DNA from: Okamejei kenojei
Lineage: Eukaryota
Length of the DNA stretch: 64,000 nt
Direction: 5' to 3'
Assembly (NCBI GenBank): GCA_035221665.1
Contig: CM069151.1
Span: forward strand, 14,384,001-14,448,000
This document shows, one piece after another, positions 23,184 through 34,465 of the stretch (position 1 is the first letter of the stretch; every line of letters begins with the position of its first letter). A program made the position numbers and the translations under genes. The notes below the pieces were generated by a model. It was not told the DNA's origin. It saw only the letters and a program-made list of their open reading frames with translations, and made no database searches.

Positions 23184-24644
23184 ACTCTGAAACACCTCTA
23201 GCTTTCTTGTAGGGAAAGGTGGCACTTCAGAGGCAGAGGGAGCTAACCAGGAAAGAAATACATGGCCAAATGACCTTTCTTCCATGGAAGAGAGAATGCC
23301 ATCTGTCATAAAATTGGCCGTTGTTGGGGCCCTGGCCAGAGCTAGGGCCAGGTTTCATCTGATGTTGTCTGACGAAACAGGATTAAATGTACTCATCTCC
23401 TTGGAATAGAGTGTTAGTTATGTTGCTCGGGCAACAGGAGATGGCAAACAACAGGATGTTTAGGAAGGAACTGCAGATGCTGGTTTAAACTGAAGATAGA
23501 CACAAAATGCTGGAGTAACTCAGTGGGACAAGCAGCATCTCTGGAGAGAAGGAATGGGTGACGTTTTGGGTCGAGACCCTTCTTCAGCTGCTGTTAATGT
23601 CACTTGTTATAGTTTGGTGAAGAACAATTTACAGGTATATAAGATAATGGCCCCGGTCACCAAGCAATCCAGACCTCTCCTTCTCCTCTCTGGTCCGTGA
23701 ATTCATTGTTCATTCCTCCAAACATGCTGGACTCCAAAGGGAATACCTACCAAAGCGCAAGTGTCTGTGAGTAACTGGTTTGCATGGAAATCTTTGAGTT
23801 AAACAATTCTTCAGTCTTCAGTATCTAGACTTAACGACTTTAGAGAAGTCTAAATAGCAGATACTTGTGCAATCACAGCAGCACCTAAACACAATAAATT
23901 AGTAACTTAAAATTGTGGTGATGTGCAGAGTGGAGGCCTCTAGCTACTGAATATGTGTCTACCTGTGCATTATATTAGATGTTAATATCAGCAATCTGTA
24001 TTGAATGATGTCTGTCTATTCGGTACAATCCCAGCAGACTTAAAGCTATATGACTCATTTGAATATCTGATTCATGATGAAACTAAATCACCAACCTTGC
24101 TGCCGAAAATGTGGCCACAATGACACCTACTCTATCCAAGGACTTGTAACGGTGCATGCTGTAAAACATACAATTGGTTTATACGCCAGCAGGAAAAATG
24201 AAGGTCATCGGAGGAATAACTTTCAGCAATATCCAAAATGCCTGAACTGCACCAGCTGCTGCAAACGTGACCTTTGGCTACCTTCTAGGAGCTACTATCT
24301 TTGTGCTAGTGAGAACAGAGCACATTGCAGTGCCGACATTGTTGCTAACTTTGAAATTTCTGCCCTGTGAAGCTAAATCTAGACCACTGTTCTTTTAGCT
24401 CTGGGCACTCTGCCCAGCGTAAAGAGAACTGGCTCACTGTAAAATGCTGAGCGTTTTAATCATCTTAAACAGGCAGCCAATCATATCAATGTGATGTGTG
24501 GAGAATTAGCAAACTCTAAAAAAGATTCCTACATGTATGTTAGCTAGTAAAGTGATTAAAATTGTTTTAAAAATATTTATATTATTGTACTACAATAAAA
24601 TGCAAGCCTGCCTTTCCAGTGCTTGTTTTAGGTGATAAAACAAA

Positions 24645-25420
24645 GAACATAGTTCAGTACAGCACAGGAACAGGCCCTTCAACCCACAATGTCTGTGCCC
24701 AACATAGTGTCAATTTAAACTGTATACCTGTCTGAACCTCCTAGTCCCTGTCTGTTTATATGCCTATCTGAATACCTCTTAAACATCGCTATCATTACCT
24801 GCTTCCACTTCCCCTAACAATGTTTTCCAAGCACCTACCACACTCTGTGTAAAAAACATGCCTTGCGCATTTCCTTTAAACTTTCCTCCTCTCGCCTTAA
24901 ACTTGTATCCTCTTTTATTTGACGTTTCCATCCTGGAAAAAAAAGATTCAGACAGTCTACACTATACTGTATAAGTCATTCAAAACTTTATAAACTTCTA
25001 TCAGGTCTCCCCTCAACTTCTGATTCTTCAGAGAAGACATTCCAAACTGGTTTGAATTCTCTTTACAGATCAAACATTCCAATCCAGGCAACATCCTTGT
25101 GAATCTCTTCTACATCCTCTCCAAAGCCTCCACATCCTTCATGTAATGGGGATGACTAAAACTGTATATCATACAGTACATGTGGCCCAGCTAAAGTTTT
25201 ATAGTTACAAAATAAGTTCCCAACTTTGTATTCAAAACACCCTGACCAATGCAACATGCCTTCTGATCATCTTTCTACTTGTTCGTCATTTTCAGAGAAC
25301 AATGAACTTGCATCTTGTACACAATGCTCCTTTGGGTCCTGCCATTTATTGTATTCTTTCCTCCTACATTTAACCTCTCAAAGCGCAATCCCTCATACTT
25401 GTTCACATTAAACTCGTCCT
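24645..25420 (-). mobile_element. Degenerate CR1 3' fragment
   Basis: Same 3' UTR and ORF2 tail as other CR1 copies in the window, in reverse orientation. Confidence 0.7.
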
Positions 25421-28032
25421 TACAATTTTCAACCAATAGAAAGAATAAAAAAGTAAATATTAAATATTTTTTACTTTCCTCACCAGTCTTTGATATAAAT
25501 ATGAATTTCATTACTTTTTAAAAAATCTACCAAATTATTTTTGGGAGTAATAATTTATTTTTCTGCTTATCTTCTACCCTTGAAACATTACATTAAAGAC
25601 ACTGTAAGATTTAAATAGTTTTAAAGAACTTGAAATGCATCTAAAGATAAAATGTAGCATTTATGCAATTTGTCATGCATGAACTGTTTGCATGTCTATA
25701 TTCAAGAATATTCACTTGAGGAATGATGGAAAAGGGTAAAGAAAGGATTATGTTATTTTGTTTCTCGTTGCAAATGGTTTGAAAGCAATATAGTCTATCC
25801 TTTACCATTCAGAGGAAATGTAATGAATGTTGATACTAAATTCTTAATTTTAATCATATTATGTGCTTGCTTAATTCAAATTACCTAATTTAAATTTTAG
25901 GATTATTAAAACACAGAGGTGGCACAGTGGTACAACTGGTCGAGGCGAGATCTGGGGGTCCTTGTACATCAGTCAATGAAAGTAAGCATGCAGGTACAGC
26001 AGGCAGTGAAGAAAGTGAATGGCATGTTGGCTTTCATAACAAGAGGAATCGAATATAGGAGCAAAGAGGTCCTTCTGCAGTTGTATGGGGCCCTAATGAG
26101 ACCAGTGGAGGCCGGTCCTTTGGATACTTTCAAGAGAGAGCTAGATAGGGCTCTTAAATATAGCGGAGTCAGGAGTTATGGGGAGAAGGCAGGAACGGGG
26201 TACTGATTGGGGATGATCAGCCGCGATCGGTTACTGTCTGCATTGAGTTTGCACTTTCTCCCTGCTTCAGTTTCCTCCCACATTCCAAAGACGGGGGGCG
26301 GTTCTAGATTTATTGGCCAACGAAAATTGCTCCTGTTGTGTAGAGAGTGGATGTGAATGTTAGTGGTCATTGAAGCATGACACTTTATTCTTCTTTGGTA
26401 TTATTGCGACCCTTTTAAAAAGGTGGGAATCTTAGACCACATTAATGAGAGGTTGAAGTTGTCTGCAAAATCTCCATACAAGTCTGTTTTAAAGTTTGTC
26501 TTTGGAGGTCTTTTAGTCTTTTTTTATGTGGAGGAGGGGGAAACAGTTTTCTTAGTGACTTCCTGGTCGTGGATGCGACTATTCTCCGATCCGTATCTTC
26601 GCCCCCTCCTCCTGCCGGAGACCGGCCAGAGCTTCGGCTTCAGCAGCAGCGCAGCTCTGGATTTCATCGCGGAGCGAGTGATGCCTTCCCGGGAATCGCC
26701 GTGTTGGAACTCCGGAGTGCTAGGACTTTAAACACCGTGGAGCTGTGGCCTGTGGCACTTCCAGCCGCCGGCGGCGGGAGCTTCCAGCCGCTGGCGGCGC
26801 TGACTTTGACATCGTGGAGCCTGGGATTCTCGCCAAGGTCGCCAGCGTTGAATCTCTGCCAAGCTCGGCCTGTGGACATCGGAAGCTGCGGTCTACGGTA
26901 GGAAGCAGCCGATTGGGAGGCTCCGGGCCGCTGAGAGTTTTCGTCCGTCCGTAAGGAATATCGGGGCCCCATTGTGGCGACTGCAGAGGCCTCAATGGAC
27001 CCCGACCACTGATGAACGGAGACAGAGGACTGAACTTTGGTGCCTTCCCTCACAGTGGGAAACTTTGATTCCGCTGTGGGGGGATGTTTTTTGTTAAATT
27101 CTATAGTGTTGTGTTTATCTTATTCGTGTGCTGCATGGTAACTCAAATTTCACTGCAGCAGTTGGTGTATGTGACTATAAATGTCCTTTGCCCTTTGCCC
27201 TTTGCATGACTAAAAGCCTCAATTGCCTAATTGATTGTTGTCATGAGAGATTGGATCACTCCTCACCAAGATCAGTTTGCTGTCCTACATGAATAGAGAG
27301 CTGACTTCCAAATGATCACTGATGTCCTTAGTCATAGTCATACAGTACAGAAACAGGTCCTTCGGCCCAACTTGCCCATGCTGATAAAGATGGCCCATCG
27401 ATACTGGTCCCACCTGCCTGCATTTGGTCTATATTCCTCTAAATATTTTCAACCTATGCAATGTTGTATGGTACCTGCCTCAGCTATATCCTCTGGCAGC
27501 TTGTTCCATATACCCACCATGCTCTGCGTGACAACGTTGCCCCCCAGGTTATTAAATCATTCCCCACTCTCGTTAAACCTATATCCTCTGGTTATTGATT
27601 CCCCTATGGGTAACAGACTGCATTCCTTGGAGCACATAGCTTGCATTAGGTGATTTTAGCGTTGATATTGGTCTGGAGGCTGTCACAGTCCTCATGCGAT
27701 TTAGGTCGGAGCAGATCAACACTCCATTTTCCCCCAGAGCCGCAAGATTCCTGGTGGCTTTGTGAAACTCTACTAATTCTAGTCCAAACATTTCACTGCT
27801 GATATCCCAGAGAGAAAAATGGTTTAGAGTCTAAACTATCATTCTCTCTCGGGATGTCAGCATTTTCCATTCCACCAAAGGTTTTCATGGTCACCAGTGA
27901 AATGTTTGAACTCTACAGTTAGAAACTGACCCAGTGCAAGACCTTTTCATGGGTGTACAATACTTCATATCTGATAACCCTGCTACGAAAAGGAAAAATG
28001 AAAAAAAAGACACAAAAGGAGCATTGGACAGT

Positions 28033-30975
28033 AGAAACATAGAAAATAGGTGCAGGAGTAGGCCATTCAGCCCTACGAGCCTGCACCGCCATTCAATATG
28101 ATCATGGCTGATCATCCAACTCAGTATCCTGTACCTGCCTTCTCTCCATACCCCCTGATCTCCTTAGCCACAAGGGCCACATCTAACTCCCTCTTAAATA
28201 TAGCCAATGAACTGGCCTCAACTACCTTTTGTGGAACAGAATTCCACAGATTCACCACTCTCTGTGTGAAAAATGATTTTCTCATCTCGGTCCTAAAAGA
28301 CTTCCCCCTTATCTTTAAACTGTGACCCCTTGTTCTGGACTTCCCCAACATCAGGAACAATCTTCCTGCATCTAGCCTGACAAACCTCTTAAGAATTTTG
28401 TACGTCCCTATATGATCCCCCCTCAATCTTCTAAATTCCAGCGAGTACAAGCCGAGTCTATCCAGTCTTTCTTCATATGGAAATCCTGCCATCCCAGGAA
28501 TCAGTCTGGTGAACCTTCTCTGTACTCCCTCTATGGCAAGAATGTCTTTCCTTATATTAGGAAACCAAAATTGTACGCAATACTCCAGGTGTGGCCTTAC
28601 CAAGACCCTGTACAACTGCAGTAGAACCTCCCTGCTCTTGTACTCAAATCCTTTTGCTATGAATGCCAACATACCATTCGCTTTCTTCACTGCCTGCTGC
28701 ACCTGCATGCCTACTTTCAATGACTGGTGTACCATGACACCCAGGTCTCATTGCATCTCCCCTTTTCCTAATCGGCCACCATTCAGATAATTGTCTACTT
28801 TCTTGCTTTTGCCACCAAAGTGGATAACCTCGCATTTATCCACATTATACTGCATCAGCCATGCATTTGCCCACTCACCCAACCTATCCAAGTGACCTTG
28901 CAGCCTCCTAGCATCCTCCTCACAGCTAACACTGCTCCCCAGCTTCGTGTCATCCACAAACATGGAGATGTTGCATTCAATTCCCTCATCCAGATCATTA
29001 ATATATATTGTAAATAGCTGGGGTCCCAGCACTGAGCCTTAATCCACTGGTTCTCCCTTATCCATCTACTAGTTACATCCTCGAAAAATTCTATAAGATT
29101 CGTCAGACATGATTTACCTTTCATAAATCCATGCTGACTTTGTCCAATGATTTCACTACTTTCCAAATGTGCTGCTATCCCATCTTTAATAACTGACTCC
29201 AGCATTTTCCCCACTACCGATGTTAGACTAACTGGTCTGTAATTCCTCGTTTTCTCTCTCCCTCCCCTTTTAAAAAGTGGGGTTACATTAGCTACCCTCC
29301 AATCCTCAGGAACTACTCCAGATTCTAAAGAGTTTTGAAAAATTATCACTAATGCATCCACTATTTCTGGGGCTACTTCCTTAAGTACTCTGGGATGCAG
29401 CCTATCTGGCCCTGGGGATTTATCGGTCTTTAATCCATTCAATTTACCTAACACCACTTCCCGGCTAACCTGGATTTCACTCAGTTCCTCCATCTCATTT
29501 GACCCCCAGTCCCCTGCTATTTCCGGCAGATTATTTATGTCTTCCTTAGTGAAGGCAGAACCAAAGTAGTTATTCAGTTGGTCTGCCATGTCCTTGTTCC
29601 CCATGATCAATTCACCACTTTCTGACTGCAAGGGACCGACATTTGTTTTAACTAACCTTTTTCTCTTCGCATATCTATAAAAACTTTTGCAGTTAGTGTT
29701 TATGTTTTGGCCAGTTTTCTTTCATAATCTATTTTCCCTTTCCTAATTAAGCCCTTTGTCCTCCTCTGAATTTCTCCCAGTCCTCTGCTGAGCTGCTTTT
29801 TCTGGCTAATTTGTACGCTTCATCTTTTGTTTTGATACTATCCCTGATTTCCCTTATTATCCACGGATGCACTACCTTCCCTGATTTATTATTTTGCCAA
29901 ACTGGGATGAACAATTGTTGTAGTTCATCCATGCAGTCTTTAAATGCCTTCCATTGCATATCCACCGTCAACCCTTTAAGAATCACTTGCCAGTCTATCT
30001 TGGCCAATTCATGTCTCATACCCTCAAAGTTACCTTTCTTTAAGTTCAGAACCCTTGTTTCTGAATTAACAATGTCACTCTCCATCCTAATGAAGAACTC
30101 AACCATATTATGGTCATTCTTGCCCAAGGGGCCACTCACAACAAGACTGATAACTAACCCTTCCTCATTACTCAATACCCAGTCTAGAATAGCCTGCTCT
30201 CTCGTTGGTTTCTCTACATGTTGGTTTAGAAAACTATCCCGCATACATTCCAAGAAATCCTCTTCCTCAGCACCCCTGCCAATTTGATTCACCCAATCTA
30301 TATGTAGATTGAAGTCACCCACTATAACTGTTTTGCCTTTGTCGCACGCATTTCTAATTTCCTGTTTGATACCATCCCCAACTTCACTACTACTGTTAGG
30401 TGGCCTGAACACAACACCCACCAGAGATTTCTGCCCCTTAGTGTTTCGCAGCTCTACCCATACCGATTCCACATCCTCCAAGCTAATGTCCTTCCTTTCC
30501 ATTGCGTTAATCTCCTCTCTAACCAGCAACACTACCCCACCTCCTTTTCCTTTCTCTCTATCCCTCCTGAATATTGAATATCCTTGGATGTTCAGCTCCC
30601 AGCCTTGGTCACCCTGGAGCCATGTCTCCGTGATCCCAACAATATCATATTCATTAATAGCTATCTGCACATTCAACTCATCTACCTTATTACGAATGCT
30701 CCTTGCATTGAGACACAAAGCCTTCAGGCTTGTTTTTACAACACTCTTACCCCTTATACAATTATGTTGAAAAGTGGCCCTTTTTAATTTTTGCCCTGAA
30801 TTTTTCTGCCTGCCACTTTTACTTTTCACCTTGCTACCTATTGCTTCTACCCTCATTTTACATCCCTCTGTCTCTCTGTTCATGCTCCCATCCCCCTGCC
30901 ACATTAGTTTAAATCCTCCTTGACAGCACTAGCAAACACTCCGCCAAGGACATTGGTTCCATTCCAGCCCAGGTT
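28033..30975 (-). mobile_element. 5'-truncated, disrupted CR1-clade LINE (end of ORF1, APE endonuclease and RT of ORF2, 3' UTR with ATGTTTCT tail)
   Basis: ORF 29747..30904 (CLNARSIRNK, GITETWL, GDFN), ORF 28855..29631 (KSPGPD, NYRPVSLTS, SQHGF), ORF 28748..29032 (LGPQLF, FVDD), ORF 28121..28735 ([12 protein letters not shown]); frameshifts and an internal deletion at ~29040. Confidence 0.95.
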
Positions 30976-31435
30976 CCCAGAGGAGTAAACAGGTTCCAGG
31001 CAGTGGGGTACTGCAAGTCTCAGTGCTGGGACCCCAGCTATTTACAGCCCAGGTGCCCAGTAGGTCTGTGAAGCATGGTTCTGTAAGGGTCTGTTAAGAC
31101 AACATGAATTAGATGGTAGTTGCCAATGCAAGTGCTTGAGAAATGGATTTAATACACGGTTCAGTATTGCTGCTCATTCCAACTGGTGCCCTTGTACAAT
31201 GTTGATAACCTGAGAGCTCAGAAAACATTGAGAGATAGATACCAAGACCTTTTTCCATCAAACATGATTTAAAAAATGCAGCATTGACAAAATAATTAGA
31301 GAAAAACTAAATAGAGGGGTTATGATATTTATAGGATGGACAATTTGAATGGTATTATTTCCACTGCAATCTCTCCCTCTAACTCCTGTTTGATTAGTGG
31401 AAAGACACCAATTGCATTAATGTGTTTTTTATGTT

Positions 31436-31585
31436 NNNNNNNNNNNNNNNNNNNNNNNNNNNNNNNNNNNNNNNNNNNNNNNNNNNNNNNNNNNNNNNNN
31501 NNNNNNNNNNNNNNNNNNNNNNNNNNNNNNNNNNNNNNNNNNNNNNNNNNNNNNNNNNNNNNNNNNNNNNNNNNNNNNNNNNNNN
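31436..31585. other. Assembly gap
   Basis: Run of N. Confidence 1.
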
Positions 31586-31795
31586 CTCTAATGGAGCGAA
31601 GGAAATAGGCAACGTTTCGGGCCAAAACCCTTCTTCAGACCCTTCAGTGAAGGGTTTCGGCCCTTCTTCAGTGAAGACCCTTCACGGCCCGAAACGATGC
31701 CTATTTCCTTCGCTCCATAGATGCTGCTGCACCTGCTGAGTTTCTCCAGCACTTTTGTCAACATTTGATTTTCCAGCATCTGCAGTTCCTTCTAA
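31586..31795. mobile_element. Penelope-like inverted element next to the gap
   Basis: Inverted arms; intact minus-strand motif at 31607-31643. Confidence 0.65.
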
Positions 31796-31804
31796 AACAC
31801 AATT

Positions 31805-31851
31805 ATCTATCTATCTATCTATCTAACCATCCATCCATCCGTCCATCCATC
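31805..31851. repeat. Compound (TATC)n(CCAT)n microsatellite
   Basis: Seen directly. Confidence 0.85.
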
Positions 31852-32874
31852 CGGTCCTTTGACTCACTGAATCCACAGAGACAATGGATCACCCGTTTAG
31901 ATTAGTTCAAGAGTGTTTTAGTGTATGTACTGAATTGGAACAATCCTTGCAAGTAGACACATTCGAAGGGATCTACAAGTCCTCAACTACATTAAAAACA
32001 AAAAGTTAGAACTTCTTTTTCTGTTGTTTTCATGTTATCTAAACTTTGTTTACAAATGTGTTGTGCTGTAATGTAGTGAGGCAGCGACTCCGGTAAATGG
32101 GGTAATCCCAGTAATGGGGAATTCGATGGTGAAGAGAACAAGAGAGGGGAGAGAGCGGAGGAGCGTGAGAGGAGGGGAGGATAGTTTTCAGTCAGTCTTT
32201 GCCTTCACTTGAACATTTGCTTAATCCCATCTTCATTTCAATCACTGCCTGAGTTCCTTCCACAAAAAAGGACACTTTACCATCAAGTCAGTTTTTAAAT
32301 TTAGATTCTGGATGACCTGATGATCCCAGCAATCTGCAGCAAATCTATCTTGCCTTATATTTTCCCACAAGACAACTTAGTTTGAATCCAAGAGGACTTG
32401 GAAGTTTTTCAACCCCCGTCATCGCTGCCTGAAGCAACTGAATGACTCCATTAAAACAACATTGTGTTCAGTGCTAAAGTCAATAGATTGATTCAAAGAT
32501 ACAGCATAGAGAGAGATCCTGACCTCGCATCTACTTCAATGGAGACCTTCGGACTATCTTTAATCAGACGTTACTGGACCTTATCTTGCACTAAACGTTA
32601 TTCCCTCTATCCTGCATCTGTACACAGTGGACGGCATAGTTTTAATAACATAGTAATTTCGCTAACTGGATAGCACGCAACAAAAAAAGCCTTTCACCGT
32701 AGAAAAAAATAATTGCAGATGCTGGTTTATATCAAAGATAAACACAAAGTGCTGGAGTAACTCAGCGGATCAGACAGCATCTCAGGAGAACATGGATAGG
32801 TGACATTTCGGGTCGGAACCCTTACTCGGCCTGGTTTGTATTGAATTTTGTAAATATAGATTGGTTTGTGTGAT

Positions 32875-34213
32875 GGAAATAGAGGAGCGCGCCCCCACCG
32901 GCCAGGGAAATAGAGGAGCGCGCCCCCGCAAGACGGGGAAATAGAGAAGCGCGCCCCCGCGGGTCAGGGAAATAGAGGAGCGCGCCCCCACCGGCCAGGG
33001 AAATAGAGGAGCGCGCCCCCGCAAGACGGGGAAATAGAGAAGCGCGCCCCCGCGGGAAGGGACATAGAGGAGCGCGCCCCCGCGGGACGGGGAAATAGAG
33101 GAGCGCGCCCCCGCGGGAAGGGACGTAGAGGAGCGCGCCCCCGCGGGGACATAGAGGAGCGTGCCCCCGCGGGACGGGGAAATAGAGGAGCGCGCCCCCG
33201 CGGGAAGGGACATAGAGGAGCGCGCCCCCGCGGGAAGGGACATAGAGGAGCGCGCCCCCGCGGGACGGGGAAATAGAGGAGCGCGCCCCACGGGACGGGG
33301 AAATAGGGGAGCGCGCCCCCGCGGGGGGAAATATAGGAGCGCGCCCCCCCGCGGGAAGGGAAATAGAGGAGCGCGCCCCCGCGGGACGGGGAAATAGAGG
33401 AGCGCGCCCCCCGCGGGACGGGGAAATAGAGGAGCGCGCCCCCGCGGGAAGGGACATAGAGGAGCGCGCCCCCGCGGGTCAGGGAAATAGAGGAGCGCGC
33501 CCCCGCGGGAAGGGAAATAGAGGAGCGCGCCCCCGCGGGACGGGGAAATAGGGGAGCGCGCCCCCGCGGGTCAGGGAAATAGAGGAGCGCGCCCCCGCGG
33601 GACGGGGAAATAGAGGAGCGCGCCCCCGCGGGACGGGGACATAGAGGAGCGCGCCCCCGCGGGACGGGGAAATAGAGGAGCGCGCCCCCGCAAGACGGGG
33701 AAATAGAGGAGCGCGCCCCCGCGGGACAGGGAAATAGAGGAGCGCGCCCCCGCGGGACGGGGAAATAGAGGAGCGCGTCCCCGCAAGACGGGGAATTAGA
33801 GGAGCGCGTCCCCGCGGGACGGGGAAATAGAGGAGCGCGCCCCCGCGGGACAGGGACATAGAGGAGCGCGCCCCCGCGGGACGGGGGGAAATAGAGGAGC
33901 GCGCCCCCGCGGGTAGGGAAATAGAGGAGCGCGCCCCCGCGGAAGGGACATAGAGGACGCGCCCCCGCGGGACGGGGAATTAGAGGAGCGCGTCCCCGCG
34001 GGACGGGGAAATAGAGGAGCGCGCCCCCGCGGAACGGGGACAGAGGAGCGCGCCCCCGCGGGACGGGGAAATAGAGGAGCGCGCCCCCGCGGGACGGGGA
34101 AATAGAGGAGCGCGCCCCCGCGGGACGGGGAATTAGAGGAGCGCGTCCCCGCGGGACGGGGAAATAGAGGAGCGCGCCCCCGCGGGACGGGGAAATAGAG
34201 GAGCGCGCCCCCG
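32875..34213. repeat. CpG-rich minisatellite, 31-bp unit GGGGAAATAGAGGAGCGCGCCCCCGCGGGAC, ~43 copies
   Basis: Period measured directly (34081 vs 34112); variant units interspersed. Confidence 0.97.
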
Positions 34214-34442
34214 GTGATTGGGGATAAGAGCGCGTTCCCGAGTGAAGTTAGGGGCAAAAATACTTTACATTAGGGGGAGAAGCGCGCTCCCGCGGGAGTA
34301 GTGGAATCGAGCGCGTTCGCGAGAGATCAGGGGAGGAGAGGAGCGCGCTCCCGCGGGGGGGGGGGGGAGGAGGGAGAAGGAGAGAAGCGCGAGCCCGCGA
34401 AGGAGCGCGCTCCCGCGGGAGCTGAGGAGAGGAGCGCGCGCC

Positions 34443-34465
34443 ATGTCCGCCGGGGCGCTCCGCAT
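34443..34465 (+). CDS. CWF19L1: CWF19L1 exon 1 coding part (MSAGALR-)
   Basis: gccATGTCCGCCGGGGCGCTCCGCAT|gtgagt within a CpG island; phase matches exon 2. Confidence 0.85.

Noticed and set aside
26423-27053. Cluster of 70-130-aa ORFs on both strands
   Set aside because: Explained by high GC content in a probable retroelement; no coding signature
28098-30912. Plus-strand ORFs of 60-160 aa
   Set aside because: Antisense shadows of the CR1 ORF2
32875-34213. Regular ~31-bp repeats resembling a CRISPR array
   Set aside because: Units are head-to-tail with no unique spacers, there are no cas genes, and the context is eukaryotic
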